Source of the DNA: Nitrosopumilaceae archaeon
Lineage (GTDB): Archaea > Thermoproteota > Nitrososphaeria > Nitrososphaerales > Nitrosopumilaceae
Direction: 5' to 3'
DNA length: 64,000 bases
Assembly (NCBI GenBank): GCA_965209085.1
Contig: OZ242376.1
Span: 1,216,001-1,280,000 of the forward strand
The notes beneath the pieces were generated by a model that saw only the letters and a program-made list of their open reading frames with translations, was not told the DNA's origin and did no database searches. Of the stretch, positions 19,985 to 30,050 are shown piece by piece; within the stretch, counting starts at the first letter, position 1; every line of letters starts with the position of its first letter. The position numbers were made by a program, and so were the translations under genes.

Positions 19985-21019
19985 ATGGCAATGATGATTT
20001 TCTTTAAAGTTGCCAGTATGTATTTACATCATTATTTGATTATTCTATTTTTTATCATAATTGCATTTTCAATTACGCCCTATGTGTATCCAGAATTAGA
20101 TTGTATGGATTACGGCCAAAAGCATGATGGTATTGGGCATGAAATTATAAAAAAAATTAATACATCCGACACCCATTTTTTTCTATCATTATGTTAGATC
20201 GTTGATAATGAAATATACGTTGGTGAGTCAATAACGATATATGCCAAAATTTATGGTCCACATTATGAAAATAATATAAATTATGATTACATAACCATTA
20301 CATTTCTTGATACATATCTAAATTATTGGAATGAATATTCCGATGATGTAATGAACAATTACATACAGGGTCCCCGTTATGAGAACATAACAAAAATTTA
20401 TGAGGTGGATTACATAGATAACAATGATGTTGATAGATTAAAATATAATTATACAAATAAAATAATTGCATATCCGAATTTTAATCATACGTTATTCAAA
20501 TCCGAACCAATAAATTTAAAATTTATTGTACCTGAGATAATAGATGTGACGTATTGCGAGTATCCATTAATTAAAAAATGTGATGTCATACACAATATTA
20601 TCAAACCTGCCTCATATGATCTAGGTGAAAGACTTCGAACTAATAATATACTTAAAGATGATTCAAAAAGTCTTATTTTTTTAGTAGATCAGTCATCGAC
20701 GATTGCAGTTGTTGGAATTGCAATTTCCATGGGTTTATCAGTAATATCATTAATATATTTAATTTATCCTTATAACCGATCAAAGAATATTCTGAGTTCG
20801 TTTTTGAAACAATCAAGATATGAACTTAAAATTCCAATCAGTGGCGAAAATAAACTTCAAGATTCAACTGATATGTCATACTTATTCCCTAATCACAGAT
20901 CGAAAAAATATCGCATAATTATGATATGGATTTTTAGCGGATTAACAATAATTTTGTCTATCATTTTGGTCAATACGGTAAGTCGTATTCAGGAATTCTA
21001 TGAAAAAATACAACCATGA
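19985..21019 (+). pseudogene. Membrane protein of unknown function interrupted by one in-frame TAG
   Basis: ORFs 19985-20197 and 20351-21019 share a frame and 20198-20350 is open; N-terminal and two C-terminal hydrophobic segments. Confidence 0.7.
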
Positions 21020-21074
21020 TATTAACAATATTTTATTTTATATGTATACGATTACCAATATAATAGTGCATACA

Positions 21075-21377
21075 TTATTTAATCTTCGATACATCCGCGC
21101 ACATCTTTGAGCGCCTTTTAGTAAGATGTGCAGATGCATCTTTTTTCCCCATATACTTTACGCACTCTAAAATGTTCTCGGCGTATTTTTTCATCTGCTT
21201 GTCTATGGTCTTGTTAAACTCGGCTGCAGCCTTTATCAGGCTCTCCTGGCTATAGTTTGCTGGATCGCCTTTTCTGCCTAGAAAGAACTGTTTTTTGCCG
21301 GCCAAAATGTAGACGTATTCCTCACCGCTCACTTCCCTAACAAATAACCCCATTACAATCTTTAAATTGTAATCCAT
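21075..21377 (-). CDS. Small basic protein divergent from integrase (possible excision/regulatory factor)
   Basis: Position next to integrase; LFVREVSGEEYVY...FFLG beta-rich motif. Confidence 0.6.
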   Translation of the reverse strand: MDYNLKIVMGLFVREVSGEEYVYILAGKKQFFLGRKGDPANYSQESLIKAAAEFNKTIDKQMKKYAENILECVKYMGKKDASAHLTKRRSKMCADVSKIK

Positions 21378-21445
21378 TAAATAACTTATCTACAAGGTAT
21401 AGATTATAAACGCTTAAATATATCGCCTATAATGTATAGATTGTA

Positions 21446-22732
21446 ATGACAACACAACCCGATCAGGATAAAGGTAAAATAACCGCTTATTGCCATAATA
21501 CAACTAATGAAGTCGCCGCAAGGTTGACCGATGTGGGAAAAAAAATGCAAGCGGTCAACACTACAATTAAAAATACAAAAAAAGCTAGAATGTTGAGCAA
21601 TCCAGACATAAAGCGATGGTTTGACAACAATGCTAGAGGCAGCAAACCAAGTGCAGAATCAAAGCTACGAAGATTGGGCATATTTTGTCAAAATCACCAA
21701 ATGACACCCATGCAAGTGGCAGAGTTGGGCATGAAGGACGTAAAGACCATAACGGATCTACTAGTGGATCACGTCACAATCATGGAAGAGAAAGGCTATG
21801 CACCAAGCTATATTCTGGCAATTCTCAAGGCTGTAAAATCATGGCTCAGGCACTTTGATGTATACGTACAGCGCAAAATCCAAGTCACAAACTCGCACAT
21901 GACGCCTACTTTAGAGAATGAACGGGTTCCAAATGCTGCAGAGATGACAGAAATATTCAACAGTGCATCCCAAAGAGATGCCATCATCATATCACTCATG
22001 GCAAAATCCGGACTCAGACCGGAAGTCATAGGCAATCATGATGGAACAGATGGACTCAAAATGAAAGATCTGCCAGATATTGCAATACAAGGTGGAGTGG
22101 CAATCTGTACTCAAAAACCAATGCGTATCATAGTCAGAGCAGAACTGTCAAAAACAAGACACCAGTACTTTACTTTGGCAACAACGACGGCCACCTGTAG
22201 AATACTCTCGTACATAAACGAGAGACTCTCAAGGGGCGAGGCGTTGCACGGAAATACACCATTAATAGCTCCTGAATCAGGCACAAACAACCGCAGAGGT
22301 TTAAACAGAGACAAACCATTTCTGCCGACCATGCACATCAGCCGCAGGGTACGCCAGGTATTCAGACCAAGATTTACCTGGAGGCCATACGTTCTGAGAG
22401 CATACTTTGACACACAGCTCTTAATTGCCGAATCCAAAGGATTGATTGCACACGACTTTCGCGTATTCTTTATGGGTCACGTTGGCAGCATAGAGGCAAC
22501 GTACACGACAAATAAGACAATGCTGCCAGAAGATCTTGTGGATGCAATGCGTGATTCATTCAAACGTGCAGAAAAATATCTGGACATTGAGACCATGCAG
22601 GAAGACAAAACAGCAGAGACAAAAGAAAAGGCACATACGCACATTCAAAACGCAAAACCGGACGAGCTTGAAGCTATACTAGAGGCACTTGAGAAACTCA
22701 AGGCCGGTAAAATGCTCCAAGTCAGCGCGTAG
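21446..22732 (+). CDS. int: Tyrosine recombinase / archaeal site-specific integrase
   Basis: SGLRPE (R), LSKT (K), RPYVLRAYF (Y/H-x-x-R), FMGH, EATY (catalytic Y); adjacent to tRNA. Confidence 0.93.
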   Translation: MTTQPDQDKGKITAYCHNTTNEVAARLTDVGKKMQAVNTTIKNTKKARMLSNPDIKRWFDNNARGSKPSAESKLRRLGIFCQNHQMTPMQVAELGMKDVKTITDLLVDHVTIMEEKGYAPSYILAILKAVKSWLRHFDVYVQRKIQVTNSHMTPTLENERVPNAAEMTEIFNSASQRDAIIISLMAKSGLRPEVIGNHDGTDGLKMKDLPDIAIQGGVAICTQKPMRIIVRAELSKTRHQYFTLATTTATCRILSYINERLSRGEALHGNTPLIAPESGTNNRRGLNRDKPFLPTMHISRRVRQVFRPRFTWRPYVLRAYFDTQLLIAESKGLIAHDFRVFFMGHVGSIEATYTTNKTMLPEDLVDAMRDSFKRAEKYLDIETMQEDKTAETKEKAHTHIQNAKPDELEAILEALEKLKAGKMLQVSA

Positions 22733-22869
22733 TCGATTCAGATACAGCCGAGAAACTAATCGAGAAAGGCTGGAAATTCACAGGTGTTTTGCCTAATGGT
22801 AGAGTCATTCTAGCAAAAGTATTGTGATCGCTGCGCATGAAATATCCGGGGTTACAGCCTTGGGGGGAG

Positions 22870-22944
22870 CGGACCCGAGGGGATTCGAACCCCCGACCTA
22901 GCACTTCGGAAGCGCTCGCACTATCCACGCTATGCAACGAGTCC
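22870..22944 (-). tRNA. tRNA-Arg(CCG), no intron, CCA not encoded
   Basis: Cloverleaf: acceptor GGACTCG/CGGGTCC, D stem GCAT/GTGC, anticodon arm AGCGC-TTCCGAA-GTGCT, T arm GGGGG-TTCGAAT-CCCCT. Confidence 0.96.
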
Positions 22945-22985
22945 AACATGTAGAAAAAATCTCCTCTTAATGTTAGTTTTTACAC

Positions 22986-23693
22986 CTAGGCAGAAGATTC
23001 GGATTTTACCACGTAAATGTAATTCATCATCACGCCGGCAATAATGCCGCCAACTATCGGAGCTGCCCAGTACATCCAGTGAAATTCCCAATATCCGGAC
23101 AACAGTGCGGGTCCAAACGTACGGGCGGGGTTTATTCCCGCATTTGTGAGCGGAATTCCAACCAAATGGGTTAAAAATACAGTACCGCCTATGGCAAGGG
23201 CTGCCATGCCAGAGGTTGCTTTTTTGTGCACAGCTGCCATAAATATGACCATAACCAAAAAGAATGTCAGCAATGCCTCTACAAGAAAACCGCTAGCTAC
23301 GCTGTTGTTTATGATATCCTGTGGACCCATATGTACACCAAAGTTTACTTTTTTACCAAGCTCTGGCAGAATTATTGCCAACGTGGTAGATGCCACAACA
23401 GCACCGGTCAATTGTGAGCCAATATATGCAATTCCATCTTTAACGCCTATTTTACGCGTTATAATCATGGGTATTGTAACTGCGGGGTTTATGTGAGCGC
23501 CAGATACGTGTCCAAATGCCAGTACCATCAGGGCAATTGTCGCCCCGTGCGTAAAAGATATGAACAAAACCGACATTGTGGTCAGACCTTCCTCAAAGTA
23601 TGCTAATGCCAGGATAATTGAGAGTGGTCCAAAGAATACTAGTGCAAACGTCGCAATAGCTTCAGCTAGCCATGCACGGGGATTTACACTCAT
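22986..23693 (-). CDS. Aquaporin (MIP family)
   Basis: SGAHINPAVT and GINPARTFGP NPA boxes; six TM segments. Confidence 0.95.
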   Translation of the reverse strand: MSVNPRAWLAEAIATFALVFFGPLSIILALAYFEEGLTTMSVLFISFTHGATIALMVLAFGHVSGAHINPAVTIPMIITRKIGVKDGIAYIGSQLTGAVVASTTLAIILPELGKKVNFGVHMGPQDIINNSVASGFLVEALLTFFLVMVIFMAAVHKKATSGMAALAIGGTVFLTHLVGIPLTNAGINPARTFGPALLSGYWEFHWMYWAAPIVGGIIAGVMMNYIYVVKSESSA

Positions 23694-23777
23694 AACGCAC
23701 GCGCATTTTTGTTGATATATAAAATGTCGTATTGATCAAAACCAAAGAAAAAAATACCCCATGATCAATTTAAAATC

Positions 23778-24239
23778 ATGCTTAAAGAGGGCGATAAGAT
23801 TCCAAGTTTTTCAATACCGGATGAGAACGGTAAGATTGTAAAATCATCAGAATTAAAAGGGAAAAATATTGTAATCTATTTTTATCCAAAAGATTTCACC
23901 CCAGGGTGCACCACCGAGGCTGATGAATTCTCCAGAGATCATGCAAAATTTACAAAGGCTAGCATACGTGTGATAGGGATTAGTCCAGACGATCCGGAAA
24001 AACACAAAAAGTTTTGCGACAAAATGGGAATAAAATATACGCTTTTAGCCGATACTGAGAAGAAAGTTTCAAAGATGTTTGGTGTGTGGGGCATGAAAAA
24101 ATTCATGGGCAAAGAATACATGGGGGTTGTAAGGAGCACATTTTTGGCCGATAAAAATGGCAAAATATTCAAAGTATTCTCAAAGGTAAAACCGGCGGGG
24201 CACTCTAAGGAAGTTTTAGAGTCCTTCAAGGACGTATAA
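23778..24239 (+). CDS. bcp: Peroxiredoxin Bcp/PrxQ
   Basis: YFYPKDFTPGCTTEA; VVRSTFL. Confidence 0.93.
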   Translation: MLKEGDKIPSFSIPDENGKIVKSSELKGKNIVIYFYPKDFTPGCTTEADEFSRDHAKFTKASIRVIGISPDDPEKHKKFCDKMGIKYTLLADTEKKVSKMFGVWGMKKFMGKEYMGVVRSTFLADKNGKIFKVFSKVKPAGHSKEVLESFKDV

Positions 24240-24428
24240 TCAGTCAGGCTCCCAAAACTGCATAATGTACATGCAATTGTTGCACCGCCATATGCGTACA
24301 TTTACCCCGTTTTCAAGGTCTGCTCTATAACCCTCATCTGACTCGTGCAAGCTTGGCACGTAATGAAGACCCGGACTTTGCATCCATTCTTTTTGTCCGC
24401 AGTTTGGACATGTGTTTTCAGGTGGCAT
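24240..24428 (-). CDS. Small zinc-ribbon protein
   Basis: CPNCG ... CNNCMY. Confidence 0.7.
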   Translation of the reverse strand: MPPENTCPNCGQKEWMQSPGLHYVPSLHESDEGYRADLENGVNVRIWRCNNCMYIMQFWEPD

Positions 24429-24508
24429 GTTTTATCATACATGATACTGTAAAAAATAGTTTGGGTATGTAATATTGCATACAGGATGTAAAAGGTAAAA
24501 ATTACGAA

Positions 24509-25462
24509 CTAAAAGCCTTTAGGAAGCGTACCCTTTGGTTTTGCAGTAGCTGCAGCTGGTGCAGGTTTGAAACCTTTGGGAAGTGAACCCTGGGTTTTTG
24601 CCTGTGCAGGTTTTGGCTCTGGAGGTTTTGATTCTACTTTTGGAGGAGGTGCTTTGAAATTTTTGGGAAGCGTGCCCTGGGTTTTTGCCTGTGCAGGTTT
24701 TGGCTCTGGAGGTTTTGATTCTACTTTTGGAGGAGGTGCTTTGAAATTTTTGGGAAGCGTGCCCTGGGTTTTTGCCTGTGCAGGTTTTGGCTCTGGAGGT
24801 TTTGATTCTACTTTTGGAGGAGGTGGTGGTGCTTGCTGTACTTGGGCAGAACTTACCGCTTTAATCCCATAACCGTTAAAAGTTTTCACAGCCGGATGGT
24901 ATGCAAGTCTTTGTTTTGTTGCAAAGTATTGATCAGACGGTGCCGTGTAACCTGTAATTGCTTTTTTCTGCAGATTCCAGTCTTTGGTTGCAGTTTTGCC
25001 AACAACGCCGTGTAGTCTTGCAAAATAACGGTTTGATGCAGGAGTATAACCTGGAGTCTTTGCCTTGTAGTCTGCCGTGCTTGTCATTGGCCAGTTTTGG
25101 TACGCGTTTTCAAGCACCTGGGCCATGTTTGCTGGAGCAGTTGTCTTTGCAGATTCAGGAGCCGGTTTTGGCGCATCGCTGGTACCTTTTGGTAAAGTGT
25201 CTTTGGGTTTTGTAGGCTCTGCGGGTTTTGGCGCATCGCCGACACCTTTTGGTAAAGTGTCTTTAGGTTTTGTAGGCTCTACGGGTTTTGGCGCATCGCC
25301 GGCACCTTTTGGTAAAGTGTCTTTAGGTTTTGGTGCATTACCTGCACCTTTGGGTTTTTGAGGCGCTGTTTGACTGGCTACGGATTCTGTAAGTTTTTGG
25401 AGTTTTTTCTCAAGAAGGGAAATCTTGGCCTCTAGATCTTTTTTGGTAGTTCTTGCTGCCAT
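24509..25462 (-). CDS. Pro/Lys-rich repetitive protein with N-terminal coiled coil
   Basis: Repeated 'TLPKG' modules; central TPASNRYF/TAPSDQYF duplication. Confidence 0.75.
   Translation of the reverse strand: MAARTTKKDLEAKISLLEKKLQKLTESVASQTAPQKPKGAGNAPKPKDTLPKGAGDAPKPVEPTKPKDTLPKGVGDAPKPAEPTKPKDTLPKGTSDAPKPAPESAKTTAPANMAQVLENAYQNWPMTSTADYKAKTPGYTPASNRYFARLHGVVGKTATKDWNLQKKAITGYTAPSDQYFATKQRLAYHPAVKTFNGYGIKAVSSAQVQQAPPPPPKVESKPPEPKPAQAKTQGTLPKNFKAPPPKVESKPPEPKPAQAKTQGTLPKNFKAPPPKVESKPPEPKPAQAKTQGSLPKGFKPAPAAATAKPKGTLPKGF
24588..24825. repeat. ~3 x 87-bp coding tandem repeat (PPPKVESKPPEPKPAQAKTQGTLPKNFKA)
   Basis: Near-identical units read directly. Confidence 0.9.
25164..25335. repeat. 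~3 x 60-bp coding tandem repeat (PKDTLPKGxGDAPKPxEPTK)
   Basis: Units aligned in successive 60-nt lines. Confidence 0.9.
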
Positions 25463-25537
25463 GAACTGTATGTAAAAACGTAGGTTATATAGTTTAACGC
25501 AAGATGTGCAGATTACAGGGATTATCTTTATAAGATA

Positions 25538-25930
25538 ATGGGATCAATTACAAACATGGACGATTTTGAACGCGATTATCCCGGATTTGACTGGAAAAAT
25601 ATTCCAGCATACAAGCATCCGGGAGGCAAGGACTGTCCGTGCCCCAAACACGAGTATGTCCGCGAGCAGATAAAATTCACAAAACAGGTGCACGATTCTG
25701 GAGGAAAGTCAGCTGCAGTGACGCTAAAATTTTGTCCGGATCACCACAGAGTCTATTTGAACGAGGTGGTTCCATCCATGCCACTAAAATACCGCATTAT
25801 GACAAAAATTGCTCTAAAGATAGGGGCGATACGCATTGAACTTTTGGATCATATGAAATCGGATTTGTGTTTTTACTGCAAATACGGTTCTGGCGGATAC
25901 GGGAAAAAGAACGAGTTGCCTCCGATTTAA
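25538..25930 (+). CDS. Hypothetical Cys/His-rich protein
   Basis: CPCPKH, CPDHH, CFYC. Confidence 0.7.
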   Translation: MGSITNMDDFERDYPGFDWKNIPAYKHPGGKDCPCPKHEYVREQIKFTKQVHDSGGKSAAVTLKFCPDHHRVYLNEVVPSMPLKYRIMTKIALKIGAIRIELLDHMKSDLCFYCKYGSGGYGKKNELPPI

Positions 25931-26184
25931 ACGGGTCTGGCTACAATCTTTACCTTGTTTGGCGTATCATGATGGCATTTTTTACTGCATACGGGACACG
26001 TCTTTCGGTCCAATAAAATGCACTGGCACGTATGCGAAGCAAGAAAAGCTTCGGCAGCCTTTGTATGCTCGCCGGTACCGTTGCAAAACTGGCACGGGGT
26101 GTCAAGCAGTTCTATATGGCCAATACCTTTGCATACGGGACAATGTGACAATATAATGCAGACATTCTGCCGTGTAAAAAACAT
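25927..26184 (-). CDS. Small Cys-rich protein with DnaJ-like CxxCxGxG repeats (start may be ~26151)
   Basis: CPVCKGIG, CQFCNGTG, CPVCSKKCHH. Confidence 0.7.
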   Translation of the reverse strand: MFFTRQNVCIILSHCPVCKGIGHIELLDTPCQFCNGTGEHTKAAEAFLASHTCQCILLDRKTCPVCSKKCHHDTPNKVKIVARPV

Positions 26185-26234
26185 TCAGGGGGGTTTTAGA
26201 TAGAATTATACGGAAAACTTGCGCAATACATTTC

Positions 26235-27668
26235 ATGCCCATAGAGGATGTCGACGAGCTAGTAGAGGCTTTGGAGAATGCCGGTAAGCTAAAACGCATA
26301 AAGGCACAGGTGGACACGGATTTGGAGATTGCGGAAATTTTACGCCGCATCATGTATGCAAAGGGACCGGCAGTATTGTTTGAAAATGTCAAAGGGTATG
26401 ATATGCCAGTTCTTGGTAATGCGTTTGGTTCTGAGAAAATGCTGCAAATCGGTCTTGGCATGGAGGATTTTACAGAAATTGGATCAAGAATAGTTGAGAT
26501 GACCCGGATGGAAATGCCATCAAGCACTCTTGGGAAAATTAGAAAACTGCCAGAGCTCTCAAAGATGGGCGGCGCATTTCCAAAGCTTGGAAAAAACGGT
26601 CCAGTCACTGCCGTTATAGAGAGTAATCCGTCATTTTCAAAAATACCCATACTGAAAAGCTGGCCAAATGATGCGGGTAAATTTATCACCCTAGGTCTTG
26701 TTGCAACAAAACATCCAGAGACAATGATTAGAAATTTGGGCGTATACCGCATACAGATACTAGATGGAACGCACGCCCTAATGCACTGGCAAAAACACAA
26801 ACGCGGAGCAGCGCATGCACAGATGAACAAAGGTAAGACAGAGGTTGCAATTATCATAGGTGCTGACCCAGCTACAGTCTTTTCTGCAATCGCGCCAGTA
26901 CCTGAGGGTCTTGACAAGTATTTGTTTGCAGGAATTACAAGAAAATCCGGGATAAAGACTGTAAAATGTAAAACCATTGATTTGGATGTTCCTGCAAATG
27001 CTGAAATTATTCTTGAAGGATATGTGGATTCAAAGGATACGCGCCCCGAAGGACCGTTTGGAGATCATACAGGATACTATACTCCAGTAGAGCCGTATCC
27101 TGTCTTTACCCTTACGGGTATGATGAGGAGGGAAAACCCGACATATCTTACAACAGTTGTAGGAAAACCAATACTAGAGGATGCATACATTGGTAAAGTA
27201 ATAGAGCGCTCATTTTTGCCCCTACTGCAGATGCTCCAGCCGGAAATTACTGACTTTGCAATGCCTCCTGCAGGATGGTTTCAGGGATTGGCAATAGTTG
27301 CAATCCGTAAAAAATATCCCGGGCAGGCCAAAAAGGTAATGATGGGAATGTGGGGAACAGGCCAGCTTGCTTTAACAAAGACTATCATCGTGGTTGATGA
27401 GGATATAGATGTTCATGACATGGATGATGTAATCTGGGCCATGAGTACAAGGGCAGATGCTGCAAGGGATACTGTAATTATAGATGGAACCCCAACTGAC
27501 ACGTTGGATCCGGCATCACCGAGGGTAAACCACGGCTCAAAGATGGGCATAGATGCAACGCAGAAAACCGCAGAAGAGGGGTATGAAAGAGAGGTGCAGG
27601 TTCTCGTAAGTGCAGATAAGGAGACTGTAAAACTTGTCAGCGGGCGCTGGTCTGAATACGGATTTTAG
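26235..27668 (+). CDS. ubiD: UbiD-family decarboxylase (menaquinone biosynthesis)
   Basis: EGPFGDHTGYY, RNLGVYR, DTLDPAS, KMGIDAT. Confidence 0.93.
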   Translation: MPIEDVDELVEALENAGKLKRIKAQVDTDLEIAEILRRIMYAKGPAVLFENVKGYDMPVLGNAFGSEKMLQIGLGMEDFTEIGSRIVEMTRMEMPSSTLGKIRKLPELSKMGGAFPKLGKNGPVTAVIESNPSFSKIPILKSWPNDAGKFITLGLVATKHPETMIRNLGVYRIQILDGTHALMHWQKHKRGAAHAQMNKGKTEVAIIIGADPATVFSAIAPVPEGLDKYLFAGITRKSGIKTVKCKTIDLDVPANAEIILEGYVDSKDTRPEGPFGDHTGYYTPVEPYPVFTLTGMMRRENPTYLTTVVGKPILEDAYIGKVIERSFLPLLQMLQPEITDFAMPPAGWFQGLAIVAIRKKYPGQAKKVMMGMWGTGQLALTKTIIVVDEDIDVHDMDDVIWAMSTRADAARDTVIIDGTPTDTLDPASPRVNHGSKMGIDATQKTAEEGYEREVQVLVSADKETVKLVSGRWSEYGF

Positions 27669-28831
27669 CGCGTACGTATTGTTTTGTAGAAATTATCGCG
27701 CTCTAAAACAGAATATCCCATTTTATGTATGGAATCAACTATGCGTTTGTCAGTTAGTTCAGTTGAGCGCGAGCCCGTGCACGATACCACCTCTTCGCCT
27801 ATGAGCGTGCCGCCAAAGTCATTTGCTCCATGCTGCAAGGCAATCTGCGCCATACCCACCCCGTTTGTAAGCCACGAGGATTGGATATGCGCTATCTGGC
27901 CGTAAAAATACAGCCGGGATATTGCAATCATGCGCAGCAGTTTTAATCCGCCAATCCCATAGTTTGCTCCGGGGTCATCTTGCATCTCTGTGTTGTTTGG
28001 CTCAAAGCTCCACGGGATAAACGCCATAAATCCGCCGGTTTTCTCCTGCAGTGATGATACTAGCTCAAAATGGGTTGCAATATCTGAATCAGATTCCACA
28101 TGTCCGTACATCATTGTAGCTGATGAGGGAAGTCCCACCTCGTGAGCTTCGCGCATTATTCGCAGCCAGTCAGCGCTTTTGATTTTTTTCGGGCTGATTA
28201 TATTTTTTACAGAATCCACCAATATCTCAGCGCCAGCTCCTGGTACAGACTGCAATCCGGCATCCTTTAATCGTGAGAGGACTTCTTTTGTCGAGGATTT
28301 TTCCACCTTTGATATAATGTCCAGCTCTGATGCTGAAAGTCCGTGTATTCCAATCAGCGGATATTTTGAGCGCATCATTTTGAATGCATCCTCGTAATAT
28401 TCTATCGGAAGATCCGCGTTGTGTCCCCCCTGTATGAGTACCTGCCGTATGCCAAACATGTCCCATGCCGTTTTAATCCGGGATTCTATCTGCTCTAGTG
28501 TCAGAGTGTACGCCTCATCGTGTCCCGGAGGCCGGTAAAACGCGCAAAATTTACAGTCAGTTATGCAGACGTTTGTGTAATTTAAAATAATATTATTTAC
28601 AAAAGAGACAGTTTTTCCGTAGAGTTTTTGCGTCAAGTGTCCGGCAACCATCCCCATCAGATGCACGTCAGGGGAGCGCAGCATTCGAATACAGTCGTCT
28701 TTTTCAAGCTTTGTTCCAGATAGGGATTTCTCCAAAATATCTCCAATATCACTTTCCGAGATGCTCTGTTGAACCTGGGCCAATACTTGCAAATTGTTTG
28801 TTTGGTTAATAACCTTTGAGTTTGAGTGCAT
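27665..28831 (-). CDS. mqnC: Radical SAM CofH/MqnC-family, likely dehypoxanthine futalosine cyclase
   Basis: NYTNVCITDCKFCAF, PGAGAEIL, ATMMYGHVE, AFIPWSF. Confidence 0.82.
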   Translation of the reverse strand: MHSNSKVINQTNNLQVLAQVQQSISESDIGDILEKSLSGTKLEKDDCIRMLRSPDVHLMGMVAGHLTQKLYGKTVSFVNNIILNYTNVCITDCKFCAFYRPPGHDEAYTLTLEQIESRIKTAWDMFGIRQVLIQGGHNADLPIEYYEDAFKMMRSKYPLIGIHGLSASELDIISKVEKSSTKEVLSRLKDAGLQSVPGAGAEILVDSVKNIISPKKIKSADWLRIMREAHEVGLPSSATMMYGHVESDSDIATHFELVSSLQEKTGGFMAFIPWSFEPNNTEMQDDPGANYGIGGLKLLRMIAISRLYFYGQIAHIQSSWLTNGVGMAQIALQHGANDFGGTLIGEEVVSCTGSRSTELTDKRIVDSIHKMGYSVLERDNFYKTIRTR

Positions 28832-29393
28832 TTTGGTGAGTTCAATCTCTAGTCGTTATACTGTTTTATTCATAATGAAATTTGATGTGGTGCTGTCAAG
28901 ACCCGGGTCTGGTTATGAAATATGGATCTTTATTTGATTCAATTCTCTAAAATTATTCAAGGCTATAGTAGTTTAATACACATTTGATATTATTGGCATA
29001 TGGATGGATCAACTGAAAAAATGGATTTAATGCGAAAAGCTGTAAGTTTACATCAGGATATAAAGAGTATTTTGAATGGCAATACATCATCTCATATAGA
29101 ATTGCCAAAAAAGAATGACGGTAAAGGAGCTATCGGATTTACACGCTATGCAAATTTGCATTTTGTATCAAAGTTTTCCATTTGTTTAGTTAAACAGCTT
29201 TAATTTTTGAGGATTCTGTGGATGTTTTTTCATCAAAACCTAGGTGTTCTGTTTCTGAATAGAATACGCATTGGGGCAATTTAGCGGGTGCAGGTGTGGA
29301 TGAATTTGATTTTATGCTCCTACAATCGCTTTTACGATATGGGGGATCAGTGTATTTACATACAAGACCACGATGAATGAAAAAATAATTTTT

Positions 29394-29780
29394 TTATTCA
29401 GAATTAAAAAACATGGGATGAAAATTGATATGTTTGAGTCTAATTTCTTTGAGTTTTTTACATCCAGCTTTACTCATATGTTCACAAGAAGTTTTTAAAT
29501 TTCCATTGGAATCCAACTCTTTGCTTCTATAACACCCTCTTTTCTCTTTCTGTGCATCATCACAGTTTACACATATTTTTTTTCGGTATTCTTCCCCATG
29601 TATTTCAAACAATCGAATTATGTTTTCTCCATTTTCATGCCAATCGATAAGTCTATTTTGATAAATTTCTTGTAATGGGTTATTTTTGACATCGATGAAA
29701 TTCAAAGATGCTTTTTCCATATTTTGTGCCAATTTAAATTTAGCTAAAAATGTTTCTATTGTATAAATTAGATACGGCAA
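29394..29780 (-). CDS. Hypothetical protein in AT-rich islet
   Basis: 128-aa ORF with CVNC...C...C...C cluster; no family recognised. Confidence 0.45.
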   Translation of the reverse strand: MPYLIYTIETFLAKFKLAQNMEKASLNFIDVKNNPLQEIYQNRLIDWHENGENIIRLFEIHGEEYRKKICVNCDDAQKEKRGCYRSKELDSNGNLKTSCEHMSKAGCKKLKEIRLKHINFHPMFFNSE

Positions 29781-29788
29781 TCAATTTT

Positions 29789-30050
29789 GGCGATTATAAA
29801 TTTAATTCTCCCAACCATTATTAATCAATAATTGAAAAAAACGCTCAACATATTCAAATTTGCAGAAATCATTCAAAGCAAGTCAAATGCGCTACAGTTT
29901 CTGTATGACACATTTGGGAAAAAGAAAACAATCCTCTGCCTGCATTACCGCTGCAAGGATTACTATACAATGTCCATATGGTTGAGTTCATGTATAAAAT
30001 TCGTGGTGTGGGATCAAATGACAATTGTAAAAGTGTTGCAAAATCACTAA
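29789..30050 (+). pseudogene. Possible IS1595-family transposase N-terminal remnant
   Basis: GGCGATTAT-type end followed by LNIFKFAEIIQSKSNALQFL and a degenerate Zn ribbon. Confidence 0.35.

Larger units (their letters stand above)
1..22869. mobile_element. Integrated genomic (defence) island at tRNA-Arg(CCG); left boundary outside window
   Basis: Visibly AT-richer than the core to the right; contains defence genes and ISs; tyrosine integrase converges on the tRNA 3' end; no second copy of the tRNA 3' end seen in the window. Confidence 0.85.

Noticed and set aside
26102-26977. Long antisense ORFs in the track (also 40626-41387, 42635-43285, 50839-51459, 54304-54933, 22722-22949)
   Set aside because: Shadows of well-supported genes or the tRNA on the opposite or same strand; no recognisable motifs
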